A stretch of 64,000 bases of DNA from Amoebophrya sp. A120 (Eukaryota > Protista > Dinoflagellata): contig CAJINV010000009.1 in NCBI GenBank assembly GCA_905178155.1, positions 3,898,957-3,962,956 on the forward strand. Direction: 5' to 3'. Below the pieces are notes generated by a model, which made no database searches, had not been told where the DNA came from, and saw only the letters and a list, made by a program, of their open reading frames with translations. This document shows positions 49,840-59,040 of the stretch, one piece after another. The position numbers and the translations under genes are program-made. Every line of letters starts with the position of its first letter. The stretch's first letter is position 1.

Positions 49840-52800
49840 ATGCCGGCTTTGTCGTCCCCCCCTTCTGGTCCTGGTGGTCCCCACAACACCATTCCTCCGA
49901 TCAAGGTTCGCAAGGACATAACCCATACGTACCGGAATGCAAAAATGTCTGGGTCTGGAACACCGCAACTTGTCATGCTAAATCTGGATCATGTATAAAA
50001 TCTGTGTTGCATGATTACCAAATAAAACTGTTCACTTTTGAGCTAAGTAATCGCGAGGCAGTTTCTCATGCAGGATAGGCATGGTAGAACTCATACAGAA
50101 TCTGTCATGCTATGTCCTACATGCCAGCCCTCGCGGGTCATGGAAAACCTGCGTGACAAGTTTGGCACTCTTCAGGCTCAGACACTTTTGCATTTGATAA
50201 GACTTATCGGAGCGCCAAACCGTCCGACCCCAAGTGGATCTTATGCAATGTAAATTTCCTGCACATGTACATAATGCATGACAAATTTCGCAACCTTGCA
50301 GAGTCCAACTTGTTACAGCTTGGACGGACGTTAGGAATTCAGTCCGTGACTTTCAGGTGACTGGGGAGCAATATGAATTTCTGGCACCCCTTCAGGGACG
50401 ACCTTTGTGCTAGGTCTCAATGCCTGCGTTGATGCTTCTTTCGCCTGTCCTTTCTCAGCCAGTGAGGGCCGCTGCTCTGACTGTAAGTAGTCAGAGTCGT
50501 GAGGAGGATGGGCCGGCTAGCCCTGACCTTTTGTTGTAGAGGCAAAGCCTCTGCCACAGCCTCAATGGATGCAGTTATGAAGCCTGGAGTCGTCACAAAG
50601 ATGCTGGCTCCAGGCTGCTGCGCGTGCATTCAGGGGTCCACTGTGGCAGCTACCAAGCCTATTTCCGGGCCATTTGGACAGATATCAAGCGGGGGTGGGG
50701 GGGCATCGGGGCAGCTTTTTGGGTTGGTGACACGAGTGGTGACACGGGGCGGTGACACGAAGCCAAAAAAATCGCGAATTTCGTGTCACCACGAGCTGTG
50801 ACAGCCGATGGTGACACCAGAAATCGTCCCGGTGACAGCCGACTTGTGCTCCGTGTCACCGGGCTCGATTTTGAGCCCGGTGACACCAAGAGTGCCACCG
50901 TGTTTAGCTCTCAAACTTGGCCGAAATTATCGGAATCTCGGGAATTCTGACACTTTGGCGAATTTTTTGCCAACAAGTCAGCTTTTTCCCGGATTCCAAA
51001 AAAGCAGAAAAGTGTCAATGTGGTTTGGCTTGATAGGGTGGGGGTTGTGGGCGTGCCTAGGGCACAAACACGCTATACACTGTTTAAATCTGCCCAAATG
51101 TGTGAGCTGTTGGGCGCCGCGTTTAGCCCCCCTGCGCCGGGCAGCCGGCCGAAAAGAAAACGACGCCAATCCCTCCACCCGACGCCTCTATATTGGCGAT
51201 CCTTTCTGCGGCAAACTGCTCGCGTGTCACCAGAAAGTCGCCGCATATATGTCTGACGGGTGTCCAAGCTCTAACCAACTTGTCATGCTGGACTAGGATT
51301 GAAGGCAAGTTTTTTCATGCAGAGACTGCATTTGTACGTGTGCGGGAAATTTACTGTGGATAGATCCTCAACTGGGAGCAGTGGCTGGAAAAACTCCTGT
51401 GCCAGCGCCCACTACCCCAATCCCCTATTACAATGAAAAATGCCCCCACCCCCGAGCTTGGGAGCGTCTGTATTGCAAACCTTTCCAAAAGAAACATTCG
51501 CCCTCTTGCATCTATCAGCATCACAGATTCGCAATCGTGAATAGCAAAAATTTGCATTGCAAAAGATCCCAGCAAGAGCGGCGCTTGTCATGCAAGCGAT
51601 GCGATATACACGTACACCTAGACCCTGCATCAGAAAGATTCATACTCCTTTCATGCATCTTAATAAAAAGTTTTCATTTGGAAACTTCGCATCACAAATT
51701 TTTGCAACTGTGGGGGTGGGGGCGTTTTTCACTGTGATATCCCCACTGCCGTTGTTACACGAAAAAGCGGTCCGGTACGTGACGAAACAAGTGCATATCC
51801 AGGAAAAAACTACACCCATCCCCATCCCTTTTCTGCATGACAAACACTGCAGCTTATGCTTATGCATGTTTTGCATGACAAATTGGATGTGGATGGGTGT
51901 TTTTTCCTGGATAGCGCAGTACTTGCTGCTGGAAGAGTCCAACGTCGTTACGCTAAACTCTCCGATCACCCTGGTCGGCGACGTACACGGGCAAATCTAC
52001 GATGTTTTGGAACTCTTTCGTGTCGGTGGGTTCGCGCCCAGCACGAACTACCTCTTCCTCGGGGACTACGTCGACCGGGGCAACGCCTCCGTGGAGGTGA
52101 TTTCGTTACTCTCGTGCTTGAAACTGAAATACCCGAATCGAGTCACCTTGCTGCGGGGGAATCACGAAACCAGGCAGATCACACAAGTGTACGGGTTTTA
52201 TTTGGAGTGCCAGAGGAAATACGCGGAACACCCGGTGGGTAATGTCAGTAGTTGTGCAGGGGATAATACTGGCGGTAGTACAACTGCTAACGATACTAAC
52301 CCGTACTCGGTTCATCGAAAAACCTCCACTGGGTCTTATCCCGAGTAAGAACGTCCCCCACCCGCCAGAGTTTGAGTTCTTGTCATGCAGATTTGCAATT
52401 ACAGGAACGCTTGGGCTTGTCATGCGCATCCCCAAGAGAGGCACCGCACTTCCAGTCCCGTTTTGGTTGCATTCGTAATGCTGCAAACAGGATGCGGAAA
52501 TGGTTTTGTCATGCGGCTGCCCTTGCTGATCCGCACTACATTACTCCGGGATGAAACTTGTCATGCGTGACTCCCAAAACCTCTGGATTTGTGTTGCAGA
52601 GATTCCAACTTGACTATGGAGCGGGGACGTTTTTAGTCGGGACATGTCTCTGACTTCCAACCCGAGCAAGGACGATACTAGTAAGCAGATTGGGACGAAT
52701 ATCCTGAAAAAAAAACGTTGTTAGAGTAAATTTGTGATGCGCAGCATGCAAATTGATTGAGCCTGTCATGCTGTGCCTGCATTGTAGGGCCCATTTAACG

Positions 52801-55800
52801 GCGTTTTCCCTTACTATCTGCGCATGACAGGTTTTTGCTGTCATGCGAGAGATATTTGTCATGCTAATCCTCCAACAAAGTTGTTTTTATTTTTTTGGAT
52901 AACGAATGTGTGGAGCTACTTCACAGTATGCAATGCAACAGTATCGTATTCGTACTAGTAGTATGCATTGCACTACAAATTATCTGAGCATGAGAAATGG
53001 AGTTTGTGATGCTGTTTCTGCTTCGGAAGCAGATTTGTCATGCATATCAGCACAAGTACGAACCGAACGATACGATACTTTTGCGGAGCATACACGGAGA
53101 TGTTCGACTACCTACCAATAACCGCGGTCATCGACAACACCTTTTTCGCCACCCACGGTGGGCTGTCCCCGAGCATTCTGAATTTGGACCAGATCAGAGT
53201 GCTGGATCGGTTTTCCGAAATCCCGCACGACGGGCCACTGGCGGATCTGCTCTGGAGTGACCCAGATCAGGACAAGGTTGGGTTCAATGTGTCGCCGAGA
53301 GGTAAGTGCTTGAATTGACTTTGTCATGCATTTGCATGCATGACAGCTGCACTTTGTGATGCGCATTTTCACATGCCAACCACTGCCTAAAAATCAGGCG
53401 CCGGCTACATTTTCGGTCCTGACGTGGCCGAGCGGTTTCTGCACTGGAACGGCTTGCAGCACATCGTTATGGATTGTAAAAATGTCTGGGTCTGGACGAA
53501 TGCGCGATTTGTCATGCAGCTTTTCCATGACCCATGAGGTCTGGAATGCAGGACCGAGCATGACAGATTCTATGCGATCTCTCTCATGCCTGTCCTGCAT
53601 GAGAAACTCCCTCCCGACTTTGTCAAAACTGGACCACTTTTGGTAATCATGCAACACAGATTTTTGCATCCTTCAGATTTAGCATGACAAGTTGCATTCT
53701 TCCAGACCCAGACATTTTTACAGTTGATAATCGTCCGCGCGCACCAGCTCTGCATGCAGGGGCACCAGGTGCTGTTCGAAGAGAAACTTTCCACCGTCTG
53801 GTCCGCCCCGAACTATTGCTACCGGTTTGGGAACACAGCCAGCGTGTTGGAGATTGGCGACAACAGCAACAGCTGCTCGTCTTTGGAGCAGAATTATATG
53901 CAACGAACTACCACGATCAACTCCATTACCAACCGCATGTTCTTCAACGTCTTTACCGCCTGTCCGCACCCGGGCATTGCCGTGGGAAATACCACCGTCG
54001 ACGCGAATATCCTAAGCGAAAGTATCATGATGCTCTTAGTAATCGCAGCCATGCACTACAAATTTCCAACCCAAGGCAAAACAGCATGACAAATTCCATT
54101 TGTCACGCTGACCGAATTTGTAATGCGATTTCTACTTAGTGTGATGCTTTTGCAATGCATAGCGGATGTGTTCGAGCAACAAAAGTTGGCGATGAATGGA
54201 GGAATTGCTGCTGGCGGTGCAGCTGCTGTGAACGGGTCTTCTGTCGGATATGGCGTCCTCAAACGTTACATTTTCAAGTGTTACATGATTTGTCATGCGA
54301 AGCTGCCATTATCATCTACACGATCAAGCTGTTCTGCATGACAAATCCTGGAAGGGCCAAACAGGCTGACAATCTGTGCGAAATCTGTCATGCAAGACGC
54401 GCAATGTCCCCCCTTCCCTTTTCCCATTCTTGCATCACAAATCCATGTAACAGTTGAGAATGTAACATTTGAGAACGCCATATCGGAGGAAGTATCGGCG
54501 GGTTTTGGAAAAACGGAACGAGAATCGATTTCGAGGAACAATTTGCGGCTCCTGCTGTGCGAAAAGATGCATCTGTGTTGCGCACTGACGAGGATGCAGA
54601 TGATGATGCATATGATGACCTGCATGACAAACACTACAAAAATAAATCCGAGATTAACCACGAGTACGAGTTTTGGCGGAAGTATCCACTGGAAAAATTT
54701 TACCGTACACGCACAAGGACAATCAAATGAGAATGGTGTCGTAGCATGACAAAACTTGTCGCCAACCAGAAAATGCATGGCAAATTTTATGTTCCAGTAT
54801 CGGAGGTCGGCAAATTTCTTTGTGATGCATTTTGTACAACTACGTGTACCACCTGTACGTGCGCGGTAAAAGATTCAACTGCACAGAATGAAGAAAATCG
54901 AGGCATTGGAAGCAAACCGGGACTGCTGGTTTAGTTCCGTTCGGATAAACCAACAGCAGAAGATGCGAAAAGAGCAAGAGGCGGTAGCAGCGGAACAGAG
55001 GAGAACGTCGAAGGCGAAAAGTGCTGGTGCTGGTGGTGGTGGTACTGCTTCTACGAATAGCGCAGTTGGAGGAGCTTCGACGACAGGCGGCTCGAGTAGC
55101 ATAATTTCCTGCTCTTCTAGTAGTACTTCTGGCCCAGGCGAAACTAAGTACCACAGTCACATTCCGGGTTCTTGTTCTTCTTCATCAAGCGGAGTTGCAC
55201 CGAGCACTACGCTGACAAGAAGCAGCAGTAAAGACGGCGCAGGTTCGAAGTATCACAGTCACAACGGAGGTGCCGTGGGGCCGGTTGAGGGCGTTGGAGC
55301 AGGAGCCGGGAAGACTTCTAGTGCAGGAGGATCGACGTCTTCGTCAGGCTCCACCAGTGTGGCCACGACTTCCTCCACCCGCTCTAACACGCCGGAGGAA
55401 CAAGATGGCGACGAGGTGCAGCTTCTGAAGGAGTTACGAAGGAAGGGGTCGAAAAAGAAAGCGACAAGACACATCAGGACAGACGATCCAGAAGATCCTG
55501 TGCTGGACGACATCTTCGACTCAAAGAACGAAATGGAGGAAAACCCAGAGGACCCGGAAGATGACGAAATCAGAATCATCGACAGCACCACCGGTGTTTT
55601 TAACAGAAAGTCAAAGAAGTTGTCTTCAACAAGTTCACAGACAGTAAAGCGCAACAAGGACCACGATAAAGCAAGTACCAGCGGAGAAGACTACATGGAC
55701 GAGAGCACGACCAAAACAGGTGGTCTGTGGGCGGGAATTCTGTCCGAGTTGCACCTCGACGGAGAGGGAAAAAACCTCCAGCGCGACCAGAACATCAAAG

Positions 55801-58800
55801 CACAGTCTTGCCACGACGAAGACGACGCAATTCTCCACGAGGAAGAGGATGAGGATGATCACCACTTGAAGAGCCCCCCGATTCTGACGAACCACGATGA
55901 CGATGGTGAAGTAGAAGACGACGATGACGAAGAGGACCCCAACGGTTTTAAACTCAACAGGACTGCTTTTGACCAAGGACTCGTAGGCCGCGGTGTAGTT
56001 TACGCCGAAAATGAAAATGCAACAACATCCGGTGTCTGTGTTAACAAGAATCACGTCGTGCCGATCTTTGCGCAAAATATCAAATCGAGAATCAAGCGAT
56101 CCCGGTCGAAAGACAGACTCGGCCCGGTCAAAGACGCAGGTCGCCACGCATTTTCCGCGTTTTTGTCGGACTCTTCTGGCTCCGGATCGGGCTCCTCAAG
56201 CTCGGAATCGTCTTCCGAGGAGGAGCATATGCAATACAAATTCTCCCTCCCGTACATGTACAAGATACATCACGAATTTCACCAATTTGGCCGCGTGTAA
56301 AACTTGTCATGCTAAACTAGGATCGAAGACAAGTGTTGCCATGCAGAGACCGCATCTGTACGTATACGGGAAATTTACTGTGGATAGAACCAGACGAGGC
56401 GCGCCATCAAGTTCGGGATCATGTTCCCACAAGCGGAAGTCAACGCCGTGCGGAGAAGGTGAAGAAGCTGGTGACCACAATACGCAAAAATGCACAACAG
56501 CGCTCACAAGTAGGGTCGCTTGATGTGCTTGACCAGACGAGTTGTGGTGCGCCTGCTCCATCAAGTGAGACATCTGAGGAGACCAGCTCGGAATCTTCTT
56601 CGTGTACCTCCGCGTCTTCCGAAGAAGACGAGATTTTTCGGTTACGGACAAGAACTTCATCTACGAGCGGAAATAGAAGCAGTGCGATGTTGAGTAAGTC
56701 CATGTCAAGTTCTTACTCATCCGCATACAACCTCAACCACCGAGACCGAGGAGGAGGCATCACGGTTGAGAAAACCACTCCGTCACGGCAAATTCTCCAC
56801 AGAGACGATGTTGCTGACGAGGACGACGACAAGGATAACACCAGTAACACCACTCCCAGCAACAGCAGCACCACCATCACCTCGACTTCCATGAAACCGT
56901 CGAAAAAGAAGGATAGTGCTAATGGCAGTAAAGTCTTTGTCAAGCTGAAGCCGCCGCTGCCCGCTTTCCCGCAAAGGCTATTTGAAGAAGACGCGGTGAA
57001 GACGATTATTGACGATATTCTCTGAAAAATTTTAACCATCGTCCCCATGATCCAATTTCTCATGCAAAACATGGACTATATTCTGGCTTTGTCATCAACA
57101 TGCGAAATGTGAAGGATGGGGATCGGATGGAACATTTTCAGGGAATAGACCAGATTGTTGACGAAGAGCAACAGAAGGTGCTGGAGGAAAAGAAGCAGAT
57201 AGCGCTAGTGGAGAAAAGCTCCGATGAGGACGCGGGAGAACAAGTGGAGGCTGAAGGTGGTACTGCTACTGAAGCAGTGAAGAAAGTAGCGAAGAAGATA
57301 GAATTAGATGAAATTTCTCATGCGCCGCGGCCGGGTAACGCTAAAGACTACGAAGACGACGAGACGGGCGACACTGAAGACACAAAGAAAATGGAAGAGT
57401 TGGAACGTGAACGAGCGGCCATTCAGCAGAAGGTTCTGGAAGTCGAAAGGCAGATCCGGGCGCGCGAACAAGAAATTTTGAATCTGTATCAGGACGACGT
57501 ATGGTTACAGGAAAATAAAAAATTACCGCTCACGTACAGACACTCACATTGCATGACAGAATAGCTACTTCCTTCCCCTGCTACTTCACATTCAGCATGG
57601 CAAGTGCTGCCTACGTGATTATTTCTGGGAGAAATTGTGTTGGAGTTTGTAGTTGTTGTGCGGTAATTTTGTATTGCATACGAGGACGACCAGGGTTCGG
57701 ATAGGCTGTCTCCGCGGATTCTCGGAGGCGAATTCGAGGAGCAGGACGACGTCGACGAAAGTTACGCGAATACAAAAACTAATTTTTCCCGTAGTACAAC
57801 ACGTACGTGCATGTGCAAATACAAAACGCATGACAAGTTTCCCGCCAATGAACTCAAACCAGGTTCAGGCTGCCTGTCATGCTAATTAGAGTTGGAGAAA
57901 ATGTTTGTCATGCTCATGCACAGACAGCATCAGCATCTTCTGTGTCAGTTTGCCTGCTGCGTGCACATCAACGGGAGTATTGGATTTGCTGTGGATAGCT
58001 GGGATCAACACGAAGAGGAGGTGTACGACGTTACGGGTGAGTTTTTTGCGGAAGACATTTCCCCCGTGGAACAAGATCCAGATGAACTACCTCTATGCAT
58101 TGCAAAAGCATCGCACTAGTAATTGCAGTCATGCATAGACAAAGAAACTCTTTCTTCTAGCAGGTAGTAGATCCGCATTACCTCTTACAACTTCAATCAT
58201 CAACTGCTCACGCCTGTCCTTATGAAATTTGTGATGCGATTTGTTCTACAAGTGCGATACACCAGCTTTTGCAGAGGATAGAATCACGCTAGCGACGACT
58301 CTGAGGAGGACGAGGAGCAGCCCCCGAAAGTGGTAAAGTATGTAGACACTATGCATTGCAAATATGTCTGGGTTTGGGAACTTGTAATGCTAGTTGCGAA
58401 AGACGAGGAGGAGGACGCCTCATTTGACTGGCAAGCATGACAAGTTTTGGAGGTCGTGCTACAGTCTTGGCTTTTCTGCGTGACAAAGTGAGCTTCTGCA
58501 TGACAGAAAAGTGAGACTTTTGGGTAATGTGCGCGACAGACTTGAGAGTCATGTCCGACAAGCATGACAAACCTTGGATCTTTCCAGACCCAGAGATATT
58601 TGTAGTTCATAGATATGGAGCAGATCCAACTGTCTTGTCTGGACGGAGATATTGAAGATGGAGAGCCCGGGGACCCCCACCGCAGCACCTCCACACTGCC
58701 GCAAGTACTACGCAACGAAGATGATGAAAATAAGATCGACCAGCAAAAACAAGGAGCTACAGCTGCGTCTTTGTCTTTTTCCTCGTCCTGCTCTGCGGAA

Positions 58801-59040
58801 AAGGAAATCAACGCCGACGAGGATGACGAGCAGGATGAAAAACTACCAGCCTCATCTTCTAACAAAGCTTCTACTAGTGGTGACACCTTGACGCTGCCGC
58901 CTACGGCAAAAGTGAAAGACACGAAGAGAAAAACCAAGAAAAAGAAGAAGGAACAAATCACTGAGGTTGAGGCCATGGAGGCAACGTTTTATGATGATTA
59001 TGATGAAGAGCCAAACGTTGACGCGAGGTACTTTAGGTGA
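49840..59040 (+). CDS. PP2A/PP4/PP6-family Ser/Thr phosphatase catalytic subunit, PPG1-like, ~1,503 aa with a long acidic/Ser-rich extension
   Basis: 19 exons, 4,512 nt; [63 protein letters not shown]; ends ARYFR. Confidence 0.85.
49930..50199. mobile_element. Introner family B, TAC 5' variant
   Basis: DR atacg/agact; frame kept. Confidence 0.75.
50242..51362. mobile_element. Introner family C (reverse) expanded by a nested hAT-like element
   Basis: DR gatct/gatcc. Confidence 0.85.
50313..51274. mobile_element. Non-autonomous hAT-like DNA transposon (962 bp) nested in introner 50242-51362
   Basis: 8-bp TSD ccaacttg (50305-50312, 51275-51282); TIR tta(c/g)agcttggac, 12/13 match; internal GGTGACAC/GTGTCACC repeats. 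Confidence 0.8.
51426..51739. mobile_element. Introner, F-like
   Basis: DR tcccc. Confidence 0.9.
51796..51913. mobile_element. Introner family D
   Basis: DR gtgca/gcgca. Confidence 0.9.
52337..52644. mobile_element. Introner family F, ACA 3' variant
   Basis: DR ggtct/tgtct. Confidence 0.8.
52700..52901. mobile_element. Introner family E
   Basis: DR acgaa. Confidence 0.9.
52927..53092. mobile_element. Introner family A
   Basis: DR cacag/cacgg; restores [14 protein letters not shown]. Confidence 0.9.
53302..53397 (+). other. Canonical GT-AG intron in the SPRG|AG motif
   Basis: AGAG|gtaagt...atcag|GCGCC restores SPRGAGYIFG. Confidence 0.9.
53468..53729. mobile_element. Introner family B
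   Basis: DR atcgt; restores HIVRAHQL. Confidence 0.95.
54008..54161. mobile_element. Introner family A
   Basis: DR gcgaa/gcgga. Confidence 0.8.
54249..54482. mobile_element. Introner, I-like
   Basis: DR tcgga; ~29-bp TIR. Confidence 0.9.
54683..54885. mobile_element. Degenerate introner (C-like), ACA 3' variant
   Basis: DR ggaag/gaatg; frame kept. Confidence 0.65.
56228..56386. mobile_element. Introner family C, reverse orientation
   Basis: DR gagca/gaacc. Confidence 0.85.
57016..57147. mobile_element. Introner family D (diverged)
   Basis: DR gacga/gacca. Confidence 0.8.
57500..57680. mobile_element. Degenerate introner (C-like)
   Basis: DR cgacg/cgagg. Confidence 0.75.
57763..57997. 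mobile_element. Degenerate introner (C-like, reverse)
   Basis: TAC...CTGTGGATA; DR lost; frame kept. Confidence 0.6.
58094..58280. mobile_element. Introner family A (diverged)
   Basis: DR acctc/gaatc; frame kept. Confidence 0.7.
58350..58611. mobile_element. Introner family B
   Basis: DR gacac/gatat. Confidence 0.85.

Noticed and set aside
1365-58611. Recurrent peptides in the ORF track ([36 protein letters not shown]) as a repeated protein domain
   Set aside because: They are read-through translations of introner TIRs in various frames and end in stops
1365-58611. CRISPR array or bacterial REP/IS elements
   Set aside because: The repeats are dispersed, paired as TIRs with 5-bp TSDs and lie in eukaryotic genes; there is no regular repeat-spacer period and no cas or transposase gene
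1217-59040. Genes as TE-riddled pseudogenes
   Set aside because: Exons have no stops or frameshifts after element removal, and catalytic motifs are intact
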